A stretch of 64,000 nt of DNA from Amphiscolops sp. MND2022. Taxonomy: Eukaryota. Shown here piece after piece: positions 39,827-52,100 of this stretch (position 1 is the stretch's first letter; each line of letters opens with the position of its first letter). Under the pieces are notes generated by a model, which worked only from the letters and a program-made list of their open reading frames with translations, had not been told where the DNA came from and did not search any database. The stretch spans positions 77,936,001 through 78,000,000 of the forward strand of contig OZ076409.1 of assembly GCA_964187785.1 (NCBI GenBank), read 5' to 3'. A program made the position numbers and the translations under genes.

Positions 39827-40873
39827 GAATTGCCGCCGGGATAGTGGCTGGTTTGAGTAGTTTGTTGGTTGTTTTTTTTGTTACTGGTGTACTGGGATAG
39901 TGGCTAGTATGGGGTTCCCTACTTTCGTTGCAAACCGCGGGTGTATGTCTTCTCCCCCCGAGATGATGATACACATGGCACTCGATTGATGACGAAGGTC
40001 CATGATATCTGATTGAAAAAAATTTAAAATATTTTTGGCTCTTTTCCTTTTTTTTTAGGTACGTCTTTTTCCATTACTTTTGCGTTTTAGGTCTTGTTAT
40101 TTTAGGTCTTATTCCTTTTGAACTTTTAGGTCTTATTCCCTGTCACCTTTGGATGCTTTCGTAGCTCGATCACCAAGTCTTCATCTTCACAGTGGTCTAA
40201 TCATCTTCAGGAACCTTCATAGTTTTACTTCTGTCATCGGCATAGCATCAGTATCTAATTTTGTATGTTCGAGCCGATGTCTCTCCGTTGGTTGCGAGAA
40301 TGCTTTGCTTGTAGCATGCGAAGTAGACTCGCCCTTGGTTCTTAAATGGCTGTCCACCTGACCACTATCAGGAGAATAGACTATGATTTCTGCTGAAGAG
40401 ACGCGAACAAAACTGAGTTAAAGCTTCAAAAGATTTAATAAACTAAAAGATTCATGCGTTTTGCATGTTTTTGAAGTTCAAGAAAGTTCACAGCTCTCAT
40501 CATGTGGGTTGAAGTTTTGACAATGAAGCACCATGTTCAGAATTCATGTACCAGTCAATGAACACAAATGGCACAGGATGATGCAACAGGACTTATGTAA
40601 CTGCATGCTTATTGGCTAACAAATATGTTGTGTGCATTGACAAAACACGTAGTACAATTCGGTTTACACAACAAATAGGCAACGTAAAACATGTATTGGG
40701 GCAAGTGCAATGACAACGGGGTAAGGAAAGGTCAACAAAAGAAGGATAACATTCAGCGCGTTATGACAGTGAACTTATTTGAACTCAATAATTCCGTTTC
40801 AACTAATATTTTCAAATCATAATTCCAACCACAATTATACATGAAGACAGAGTAAAGTTTTGCTATTTCAGGG

Positions 40874-41699
40874 ATGAATGAGCTTGAGGCGGCATTGAGC
40901 CTGACAATGGACCTGGAGCCGGGGAGCCTTCCTTTAACTCGGGTGAAGGAAGGTGGTATAAGGGCTTTCTTGAGGCAACACAATATCCCCATTGTTGTGT
41001 CTGCCAATCTTGTGCTGCGTTACACCAACGGAGCAGCGATGAGGGCTGCAGTTATCTTACGGAGTGAGAAGCAGCTTCCGTCATGCTTCAAGGGTACACG
41101 GATGAAAGACGCTGCTTTTGATGGTCCTGCAGAGGCTCCCTGGCGATATGAGGTACTTTACCCAGACCCGCTATGAGAGCAATACGTAGAGGTCTTCCAG
41201 AAATTTTGGAGGTCACTCAATTGAGCACGTCTCGCTCCTTGCAAGTAGTGGTCAGGCATGGAGTGGTTGGCATAAAGACTCCAACCCAGGAGGAAGCGTT
41301 GTCAGCCAGTTGAAGAGGGAAAGGAAGTTGTGGTTCTTCACCACTCGCACACGTGAGGTGAAGACCCTCTACAGAAAACGCGTTGTACCTCCATTAGATA
41401 GGCTTCGTTCCCTGCCCAGTACGCTCCGGGATGATTTGCAGCAAATCCGGGAGCACATAGTGTATTGCAATCAAGAGCCCGGCGATGTGGTCCTGTTCTC
41501 CCCACTAACCGCGCTCCGTGTGTTGACAGGACCAGGGCCAGCTGCTTTGATGACCACTACACTGAAGGTCGAAAAGGCTGAGGAGGAACGGGTTCAGCGC
41601 CTGGGGGCGCAGTATCAGCCTCAAGCAGTGAGATGTGTCGTAAGGGAGCCAGGTTTACGAGGGCGAAGTAGGGGGAAGAGACGGCTCAGGTTTTCCTGA
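40874..41699 (+). pseudogene. Compact JmjC-like 2-oxoglutarate/Fe(II) oxygenase gene, copy 1 (stop and +1 frameshift)
   Basis: After the frameshift at about 41200 it reads HVSLLASSGQAWSGWHKDSNPGGSVVSQLKRERKLWFF...YCNQEPGDVVLFSPLTALRVLT. HxD at 41271-41279, (G)xKxW strand, Q.PGD motif; distal His position is CTC (41514), one change from CAC. AATAAA at about 41814. Confidence 0.75.
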
Positions 41700-41990
41700 G
41701 GTGAGGATCGCTTTTAAACAAAATAATTTACAAAATATGAATACACACTTCTTCCAAAGTCTTTCAATTGATGTCATTTTAACTTGGACGGTTCTTAGTC
41801 AATATACGAAGTTAATAAATTTTTCCCTTTTTTAGGGGAATCACTTTGAAAATTATTCAGATTATTATATGCGACATTGTATTTGATGTCTTTTGCTATT
41901 TAATATACTTGATGTTTTCTGCTACTTTGTATGTTTACACTCAAATCCGAAAGTCTTTGCAAAACAGTTTTTTAGCCATTTTTTTCAAAA

Positions 41991-42357
41991 ATGGCCGGAT
42001 TTGTCACCTACCTGGAGTCGGGGAGCCTTCCATTGACTCGGGTGAAGGAAGGTGGTATAGGAGACTTCTCGAGGCAACAGAATATCCCCCTTGTTGTGCG
42101 TGCCAATCCTGTGCTGCGTTGCAGCAACGGAGCAGCGAAGAAGGATGCAGTTAGCTTTCGGAGTGAGAAGCAGCTTCTGTCAACCTTCAAGGGTACACGG
42201 ATGAAAGGCGCTGCTTTTGATGGTCCTCCAGAGGCTCCCTGACGATATGAGGCGCTTTACCCAGACCCGTTATGAGAGCAATAGGTGGAGGTCGTCCAGG
42301 ATATTGTCGGTCACTCAATTGACCACGTCTGGATCCTTGCAAGTGGTGGTTAGGCAT
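41991..42357 (+). pseudogene. JmjC-like gene copy 2, 5' half (truncated by Gypsy insertion)
   Basis: MAGFVTYLESGSLPLTRVKEGGIGDF... is homologous to copy 1; ends at TSD ggcat 42353-42357. Confidence 0.75.
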
Positions 42358-43222
42358 TGTCGTAAGCATTGTGATTGGATTGGTCGTCATTTGACGATTT
42401 TGGACAGGCTCACTTCTTGAGTTGTCTCTAGTACCTAGATTTCGCAGAACTTCGCAGATTCAACAAACGAGCAACACCAATACAAGTAATTTTGCATAAT
42501 GAAACATGGCCCAAAATGGCCATTTGACAGGAGGGTTGGTTAATGAGAGTGGCCGGAGTAGTCCAAAGAACTGGTATCTAAATCGTTATTTCTGGTTAAA
42601 GTTATTTGCACTGATTAGTCTCAACAGACTCATGAAAATTTCCAAATATAAATACAATCTTACATGAAAATCAAATTATACAAATATCAACATCAGAACG
42701 ATTTAAACAACGAATTAGAGAAATGGCCTAAATCGGCCCTTTGCCTATTGTCCCGCTCAAAAAATGCATCAATGCGTCAAACGGCTTTATCCGGCCAATC
42801 AATAAAAACAAGTATAGTACTGCAAAAAGAATGATTGTGATTGGCTAATATAACGAGCTCAAGTGACGTCTCCGGGATAAGAGTATCGTTCACTTGATTT
42901 CGTTTCCGTTACACCGTATACTTGCTTGCATTCCGTTTTAATTACATTGAACACATTACTGCACTGCTAATTCGGATACATTAAAACATTCAGATCGGAG
43001 CCTTCGATTGTGAGCCTTAACAGACTAATTAGCGTAAATAAAAATGAAAATATACAGCAACATCAAGTATAAAACCGTGCAAGAAGTGCTAAAATTTGGA
43101 TAAAAAGTACAAGCTTTCAAAATTAGTTTTAGTTTAATAAATCGGGAGAGTACCTGTTGCTGTCTATTGTCCGATTGAGGTCGTCGTAATCTTCGTGCCA
43201 TCACAGGCGGCAGCCTGCGACA
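42358..43222 (-). repeat. Gypsy 3' LTR with ~0.9-kb internal deletion
   Basis: Matches 55731-55825, then jumps at cagatt microhomology to 56724-57484. Confidence 0.9.
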
Positions 43223-43265
43223 CATCGGGAGCCAGAAAAAGCAAACTACCGGCGTTGAGTCCGTT

Positions 43266-43917
43266 TTAATAGGCTTCTCGTCTGAGGGCTGTGATGTACG
43301 CAGGCTCGCTCCGGGGTGTAGACTTCTCCATGTACCAGTTTACTTTTCCCTGCTTTATCTCTTCAACAGATTTGCCACATACCATACAACTGAGGCATCT
43401 CTGGTTACTAAGGTCCGCGTATGGCTGCACATTCTGTATATGGTAGGAAGCATGGAAACAAGCGTCCACCGATTGCGGCATTCGGGTGTCCAGTGAAGGT
43501 CCCCTTTCGTGTTCGGGGGGTGACATAGGCGACTCCAAAACCGGTAAAAATGTGTTACAGAGCTCGATTTTTGCCTTTTTCTTTTCCGGGAAGGCGCGTA
43601 GCAGAGGTTTTCGTCAAGTATTTGAAACCCAGATTGGGGGTAGTCGGCGAAATCGGACGCGAGCTACTGGGACCTGCTTCCATCTCGTCATTTAGTCCCT
43701 CTGTGGTCATGACGCGCCCGGCAATGAGAATTGGACTGTATTTGACTTCTCTCGATTCTGCTAATCAACGCCTTAGTATCCATTGACCAGTCCGAGTCGC
43801 AGAAGTCTGTAGCTTTGTCTTCTTCGTCGCTCGAAATGTTCAAACGGATTCTGCTGAGTCTTTTGAGCTCTGCTCCTCAAAGTGGAAGAGTTTCCTCGAT
43901 AGATTAAATTTCTGCAT
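43266..43917 (-). pseudogene. Sense-strand accessory ORF of unknown function next to the 3' LTR
   Basis: ORF 43266-43538 (CFHASYH...CLSCMVCGK, Cys/His cluster), with upstream frameshifted coding-like sequence from an ATG at about 43917. Confidence 0.4.
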
Positions 43918-44771
43918 TATCAATTTTTTTGCAATTTATGCAATATTAGAAGGCAGCTGATTTTGGTGAGAATTTTGATTAGACTGAATTTATCAAATTT
44001 TCCGAGACAAGCCAAATCGGGCCATTTCCCGGCAACTCGTTTCTGGTGGTTAGGTCGTCAGTAAATTACCCTAATTCGGCATAAACATTTCTGAAAGGAA
44101 TTTTTCAGCAGCAATAAGTCTTTGAATTCTTGAAGACAATCCCACATTCTGACCTTCTCAAGTGGATGAGAGAAGAGTCTTTAATTTGTTAACATTAAAC
44201 ATCTCCATTTCAAGTGGGTAATTAGCAGCGTGCTTGGGTGTAATTAACGGCACACGTCGTGAGGTTTCTTTCAAAATGGCTTCAGCCAATCAGGACAAAT
44301 CTTCGATAAAATGAAAAAATGAATGAGAAAGGTGGCGAAAGTAATAATCCCGGGTAATTCAAAATAAAATAGGGTAAACGGCCATATTCGGCTTCTAACT
44401 AACAAGGTTGTAAATAATGAAGAATCGCCTGCACATTTCGCTGGCAGACTCCATGTACAGTTTTAAATGTGTTAATAGCCATATAATATTAGTCTGGTAA
44501 CATCTTCAGCCACGAACTCCAATATTCAACCTTATTGATTGTTTTTCCATTCCAATTCCGTTTACAATTTATTCGTTATATTTGTATTCTTCTTTCATTT
44601 GTATCTTTGATTACAACACCCATCCGCATCTGTCTTCAACTTCGTTGCTGACCTTCCCTTCTTCGGAGTCTTCCGGGTCTTCTCCCCATCTTCAGCCGAA
44701 CTCGGCCCATTTCCTCAACTACTTCACCCGAAGTAGGACTGAGTCCCAGAACGAAAACTCTTCACAGCAGA

Positions 44772-47700
44772 ATGTCTTCTAACACAGGTTGGTTTTGGAT
44801 TTTATTTTGAACTAATTTAACCTCATCAGGGCTAAATTTCGTTCACTAAGCGCTTTCTGTTTCCATCACTGAACACGTGATAACACAATTCATTCAATTT
44901 TTCGAGACACCTCTGGAATATTTCTAACGCGGCAAAATGGATTTCTTTCAAAGAAGCTCACCGCCTAATTTCATCTTTTCATTTAGAGAATCAACCATCT
45001 GAAACTGAGACACTGCCAGATATTTCCTCCCAATGGCAAACTTCCACAACTTGAAATACCGTTCCTGAAGTTCAAATTCCCTCTTGTGCCCTTTATTCTC
45101 CACAGAGCGTCACCAGTGAGGTTGAGTTAATGCCTACGTTGAAGCTACGGTACAGCACATGGAGACTGTGCAAAGGTCAAGTCAGGAAGAACAAGGTGTT
45201 GTTGAAACGCGGGAAGAATCGATGTCCACTGGTGGTACTGCGGATCAAATGGGCCAACTGGTCCCAATCCCTAGAGGCGCGAGTACCCCATTCCTGCTGA
45301 TGGAGAAGGGGTATCCAATTTAAGCCTGGCAGCTCTGGAGTCCGCCTTGAGGATCGCTACCTCTTCTAGTTCACAACTGCCCAAACTGTTGCCAGTATCA
45401 AGTGAAGACCGCGATGACCACACCAAGGTTGCTCCCCAGTCCGAAGATGACAGTGCTTCGTCCATCTACGAAGTGCCTGCACTGCCCAACAACGAACCCA
45501 AGGTTCGTTTCCTTGCCAATTTGAGCGAAGGGGAAAAACAGCCGAAGAAACGAGGCACGCGGATAGACACCCACTGTACGGAAGTATTTCTGGAATCAAC
45601 GAATTAGGAGCGGAGGCAGGAAACGAATCCGGCTCGAAGACTTCACTCCAACAGTAGCCCACCGCCTCCTTCTCCAGAGGTTTGGACGAACAGTTACCCG
45701 AGTTGTTGGGAAGGTCGCGGGCTGTCCACAAATCATATTTTCTGGAAGAAAAGGCATTCAACCTGCCCCGAGGCCACCCGACTGTGGCTTTCACTGAACC
45801 GCAGGTTGACCACTTGTTGCGGATCTTAACCGACGAGACTCTCAGAATGTCTCATGCTAACATAGATCAAATGATTCTGGACGCTGTGAGAGGGAGACCC
45901 ACTACGACGCCATCAAGGACGGATCATTTCCGATCGAGAACTCGTGCTTCAACCCCTTTCAGGCAGGCTGGAAGTGACTCCAGTGACGCAGAAGCCGAAC
46001 CATTCACGTCCGAAGAGTCGGATGACCAAGAGATGAGATGCCATGCTGAGTCTGGTGATTCTTTTCTGGGGAAAGCGACAGCGCTGGCAAGATGGCGTTA
46101 ATCACAGCGTCAAACAAAACCGCTACTCAACAGAGCCGCACTCAGACTAAGCCTACCGCTACTGCTATAGACGAGGAATTTTGAGGTCAAGAAACTGACC
46201 CAAGTAGCCAAGACGTCACTCTGTCTGAAGTCAGGGAACAAACTCTGAGTGGCAAATCGAAACGAAGTACTCATGGCAAAAGGCCCCAGAAACCCAAACG
46301 GCAGCCCCAACGAGGATTCCCCATGCGCGAGGAGTTCTTCGCTAAGATTGAATGGACTAGGTCCTTCATCTCCGGTCCCGCTGATCCAATCCACAACCCA
46401 CATATGGTCTGGTGCCATATGTGCAGAAAGAATTTTTCCATCAAGTCTAAAGGCCCCCTTGAGGTTCTCCGACACCACCGAACAGAGAAGAACAGGAGGC
46501 GAGACCAGAGGTGGAGATACGAGCACTTCAGGAGCGTCGATCCAGTGAGCGGTAAGATACAGCACCGGGTCAGAGGACGCAACAGCAAGAAATTGAGCAA
46601 AATTGAGTTGGCAGGAGAGATGCCGAAATTTTTTCATTCTGAGTTGGTTGACATCGGAGAACGTTTCCCGTTCTATGATGACTTCATCCGAGGCCGGACC
46701 ACTCCCCTTGTGACCCCTGAGTCGCATGCCAAAACACAACTGTGTTTGGTTGGTGAGTTCATCCCGTCTCACGGAGACCTGTCAGTCCTTAGAAACATGT
46801 GGGAGAAGGTCAGTTCATTCACAGATAATCAAGCTGCCCTCTGTGACTTTGATTGGGGTGATGAACGAGTAACTGTAAGTATCTCCCTTGGAAAATCCAT
46901 AGCTGGCAAGTCAAATTTTGTCCTTGGTAGTTTTTTTCTATTTCAGGCGAAATTTCAACATTTCTTCAACTGTAACATGAATGACATAGCTGAACATGTG
47001 GCTTCAGAGCAATGCTTCGGCTTTGAGTTTGAAGACAAGGGAGCTAGCCGATTAATGTCCTTGCGGTTTTGGAAAGGCCAAGAACTCTGTCGAGTGACAG
47101 TGTGTAGAAGGGGATTGCCGTTGCTTGAGGAGCCCCGAGTTAGTTCGAGTAAGTAACCGATAATTTCTTTTGGTGAAGATTACTTTGGGTGGGAGCCGGC
47201 GATTTGCCCATCAAGGCATGTTTAATTTGGGATTTCTTTTTAGGCCATTTCCAGTTACAAACTGGACCTCCAATCTCTCCCCACACTTTGCCAGGAGCTT
47301 ATAGATGAGTGGAAGTCAGTCACCACTTATTTGATTTCGCATACTCCACAGCAACAAGGACAGCGCGTCAGGACGCGGGTGAGTTGCCTAACTTGTCTTA
47401 TTCTTGACATAAGGTATAGGCACAATGATCAAGGTGGTGGAAGTAGCTGGGTTTCGACATCAGTTATTATGTTTTTCATGCTCTGTTTCAGGTGCAAAGT
47501 TTCGAGTGGGCCCTCATCTGTGATGAGTTTTTCCTCATCAAACTGGAGTTCTTCTATCACCTAATTAGTGATTGTTAGTATTTTGTGATGCGATCTCGAA
47601 TTTCCCTCTTAGGGCCGGAATAGGTCACATTCCTGTTTCAGATAACTCCAATTTCGTCGTCAACTTACAGCAGCGACGTGATTCCTCTTTTTACCTCTGC

Positions 47701-48774
47701 GGAGAGGTTTCACGCTTTGTCTACAATTTGTGTTTCCACTGCTACAACTCTGACACAATTTCTCTCGAAAACTCGTGGTTTCTCTTGCTAAGCTTCGAGA
47801 CTGCTGAGGGGACATTCATGCCCGTAGACGAGTTTCTGACCCGATTACAGATGACAAACAAAGTGTCCAAAGCCTGTAAGTTAAGAGCGGAGGGTATCCA
47901 ATCAGGAAAGAAAGCAGATAAGTCACTCGTCTAGAAGACTGCTCTGACTATGAAAAATGATTTCGTCCGATATGGGCAAGCGTACTTACAGTACCTCATC
48001 AGTGAAGTCCTCCGTCAAGCTGGCTTAAGCTCAAACATTGTCAAAGGGCTGGCTGCCTTTGACCCTTTCATTATGTTCAAAAGCCCAACAAAGGTAGCAC
48101 TTCGGCATTTCCACATGCTTTACAATACGTTCTTGCTACGCTAATGGGTAACAACTGCCAATGAGTCTACATGCTGCGATGGCGATGGCGATGCGTATGT
48201 GGGACTGCTTGACTATTTGCACGTCAATTATGCTCCTGACTCTGATGTGACGCAACACTTCAAAGACTGGATAGACTTCCTTATGTCACTCGAGTATATG
48301 CAGAGCCACGGTCACATGTCGCATTTGTTCAAGCTATGCTGTCTCTGTGCTACTTCAAGCAGCCCTGATTACCCCGTAGTTACTATGAAATCCCTCAGCA
48401 CATCAGGTTCCCAGAGCCGGTCCACAGAAGTCGTTTTGCCTTCCCAGTCTCCCAGTCAGGACTACTTGTCGGGAGTATCAGGCTCCCTCGCCCATTGTGT
48501 CACAGCTCCTAATCCTAACGACTTTTCTCTGTTGTCTGCTTCATTTGGTCAGTCAGCATTCTCTCCTGCATATGATCCATGGACTTACGTTGATGTCTTC
48601 GGTAGGTGTAAGGTATACAAGTCCCTTAATTCAACGTATCGCACTGCCCTTTCTGGTTCAGCTGGGAGAGTGAGGGGCCTGGGTAGTTTGGATGTGACGG
48701 CAGTGGGTGACGTGCCTGCCGTCCAGTCACCTAGTGACACTAAACGAAGGCCAATGGAGAGGAGTTCATCGTGA
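44772..48774 (+). pseudogene. Antisense, intron-containing passenger gene: acidic N-terminus, BED-like zinc finger, hAT-transposase-like body
   Basis: Chained + ORFs 45347-48774; WCHMCRKNFSIKSKGPLEVLRHHRTEK (CxxC-x13-H). GT-AG introns predicted at 44788-44986, 46875-46946, about 47149-47243 and 47379-47491, with pyrimidine tracts. Confidence 0.6.
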
Positions 48775-49109
48775 TCGAGGGCCTCTTCCGTCGCTAGAGA
48801 ACCCACCACCAGTTCTCCTAATAATTAAATGTACATATGTCTTTATGTACGCTAGACTGTAGACTTTGTTAATTCTTTGTTGTATTTATTCGTTGTTGCC
48901 AATTTCGTTGCTATTTGTATTTATTGATAACGATTTGTTTCTGTTCTGATTCCATTATCCCATGTTTATCCACTTTGAAAGGGGATCCTTCCTCGTGCGT
49001 CCCAAAATTTATTCAAAAGTTACTGCTAATTGGGACTAAAAGATGAAAAGGAAATTTTAAAGAAAAAAGAGAGCAGCGTTCTTTCTTGGACCCAATTTAA
49101 TCTTTCCTT

Positions 49110-52100
49110 TAGTATCTGAAGTCTTCTGAGTAGTTTGGATTAAGATTAGGCCTGAGATTATATCTTCCACCTCTGGGACTCAAATTTTAATTGCTTTCAT
49201 CTTTTTACGATATTTCGCGCACAATAAAATCATCCCCCCTTTTTGGAGAATTTTGTGAATCGTTTTTGTTAGCAGAAGTTCCTTCTGAAAAATTTACATC
49301 GTTTTCCTGTCTTCCGGATAGATCCGACAAAGATTTTCTTAATTTTTGTGGTAAACGGCCGATTCCGGCCAATCAGAATTTTCATTTCTAGCAGCTTTAC
49401 TAGCTTCAATTCTATTGCTGATGTCACTTTTCATTCTTTCATTCTGACTTTGTGCTGCGTCGTTGACGTCATTCGGACTGTCAGTCGTGATTATATAATC
49501 CGCTTCATTCTCGTGTGCCTCACTTGAATTCGCTTCTGCCGTAACCGTTCGCCATTCGGCAAGCTAGTCAGAATAGGCATGTTGCCTCGTGGAGCTAGCT
49601 GGTCACCGAAGTTTGTCTCCCACGTTATTGTATATAAGTCGTCTTGCGGAATGACAATTTCCTCATCAAGCTGCAAGCGCTCGTCTCAGAAATTGTACTC
49701 ATGCGGTTGATTGGAAACAAACTTTTTAAGGCGAATTCGATGCAAAATCTGAGTTTTATTTGTATTGAGCCTGCGGACGATGTATTTCTCATTAGGTAAA
49801 ACTTTTTAGACATTAAATGGTCCAACCCAACGGTAGTCTCTGAAAGGAATTTTTGATTCTTGGTGATCCGCTTTTGGCTGCAGTACAAAACAGTAATCAT
49901 CTTCTATGAGAGGTACCGCTTTTGCTTCGCGGTCATAATATTCCTTGTATTTGATATAGGATTCCATGATATTCTGCTTTGTTTTGTCAATCAGGAGTTT
50001 TGTCCGATTCTGGATTTCCTCGTCAAATTCAGTAGTTGGATTGATTTGCTTGTTTGGATTAGTTCCAAGCTTGTGGTCTAAATTGTTGTATAGGATTCGA
50101 TTCTTCCATGGAACACCCTTGCTGGTTCACAGCCAATACTCGCATGATAGCTCGTGTGATAGTTCAGAACTGCTAATAGCATGTATTTATGCCATTGTCG
50201 GCGGCATTCCCCACATGCCATTTTTATATTCTTCCTCAGGGAAGCGTGTGTCCGTTCTAATTTCCCAATTGTTTGCGGGTGTTTCGTCGTTGCACATTTG
50301 AGAGTAATTCCCAAAATTTGCGTAATGTACGCAATAATCGTCGAAGTGAAAGCAGTTCCCTTGTCGGTAATAAGCGTTGTTGGTAAATACGCATGTTTTG
50401 TCAATATATCATTGAGCGCTTTTGCTACATGGATTGCTGAAGCATCCGTAAGAGGGTAGGCAAACAGATTTCTCGAAAAGACATCAATTGCTATGAGAAC
50501 ACTTTCATATCCTCCACTTGGGGAAAGGTTCGGCAATAAGTCGATCTGCATGGCGTCTTTGGCTACAAGGTCCCATACCGGCAAGTTAGGCAGCTCGAGC
50601 GTGATTGTTGCATTAGGGACTCGCTTGTCTTCCGCGCATTGTTCACACCCTTCTTCCCACTTTTAAACACATTTTTGGCATGCTAGGGTAGTAGTATCTC
50701 TGTCTGATCTCTTGCTACATCTTTGATATGCCAGGATGCTTGTGCGAGTAAATGTTGTGAGAAAAGTTTTTGGTGGTACTTTACATTCCCTGTTTTATCA
50801 AAATATTGCCTATTCAGGTTATCTTTCTTGATTACAATTCGTTCCAAGTTGTTAGCATAATAATTATATCGGGCATCTTGTTGCAGTACGTCTTCTGAAC
50901 ATTCTTCATTAAGGAGATTTACCTTCAATTGTTGAAATACTGCACCTTTGGATTGCTCAATAATTATCTGGTTCGTCTTCCGTAATTGGACTTGGATCTC
51001 AGGTTGTTGTTTGACCAGATTTTAGAAAGTGTTAGGATTGATACAATAGGTTCTTCTAAGGCGGGATTTTTCCTGATTGCTTCTTTCCGCGCCCAGTTTT
51101 GTCCTTCGTCTCATCATCATCATTTGTGTAGAAGATTTGTTCTTTCTGTGAGACTCCTGCTGATTGGACATTGATTTCAATTGGTAAGGTTTCTACATCC
51201 TCGCGGATTTTCATGACTAACTTGCCCTTCGCATCAACTTCCAATCGGGATACGTAATCCGCTGCCGTATTTTGTGTTCCTGGGATTTGCGCTATGCCAA
51301 AATTGAATTGAATGACATAGTCACAAGCGTTCCACAGGGCTGGGGGTACAATTTTTGTTTGAAACAATCTGGTTACGGCTTTGTTTTCAGTTAGAATAAT
51401 GATCGATTTTGGCGCACCCCAGTAAAAATGCCCAAATTCTTTGAATGCGAGATAAATTGCAAGAAATTCTTTTGCATAGACAGACACCTTTAACTGGGCA
51501 GGGGTGAAGTTTTTTGAACCGTAAGCGACCGGTCTATAGGATTTGCGGATTGTTGTGAATTTCTGACTTGGGACATCTTCGATTAGCACTGCATATCCAG
51601 CAGCAACAAAACTTGCGTATGTCATTATTGCGATTTGTTTATTCGCATTCGGTTGTTGTAGGGCCAAAACGCAGCATTTGTCTAGTGCTCGGTTGATTTC
51701 CTCAATAAGCTGAACAAATTCTTTCAATACTAGGACTTTTTTGTCACTTTTCAGCATCTTATAGAATGGAGCAATGCGTTTGGACAGTCTTGGGACATTG
51801 TTTCTGTAGTAATCAAGAATCCCAAATAACGTTGCAAAGCCTTTTTCGACTTCGGAAATTTGGTTTCTTCGAGAGAGTTTTGAACATTCTGCCTTTGAGG
51901 TTTGACGCCTTGTGGGGTAATTGTTCGTCCAAGGAAGTCAATCTCTGTAGCACCAAATTGGCATTTGCGCATTGTCAATTTAAGGCCTGCTTCCTGAATG
52001 CATTTGAATGTTGCTCCCAGGTTAGCAATGAGATGATCAGCGTCGTTGGCTGCGATGTATCGTCCACATACTGGGCACACTGATCCGCTTCAATAACTTA

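Noticed and set aside
41174..41176. In-frame TGA shared by all three JmjC 5' halves (also 42273, 55646) as selenocysteine or readthrough
   Set aside because: All copies carry other disablements, no SECIS was identified, and a shared ancestral stop or CGA>TGA decay is simpler.
43223..43234. catcgggagcca next to the LTR resembling a tRNA 3' end
   Set aside because: Orientation and position do not fit priming of either strand; too short to exclude chance.
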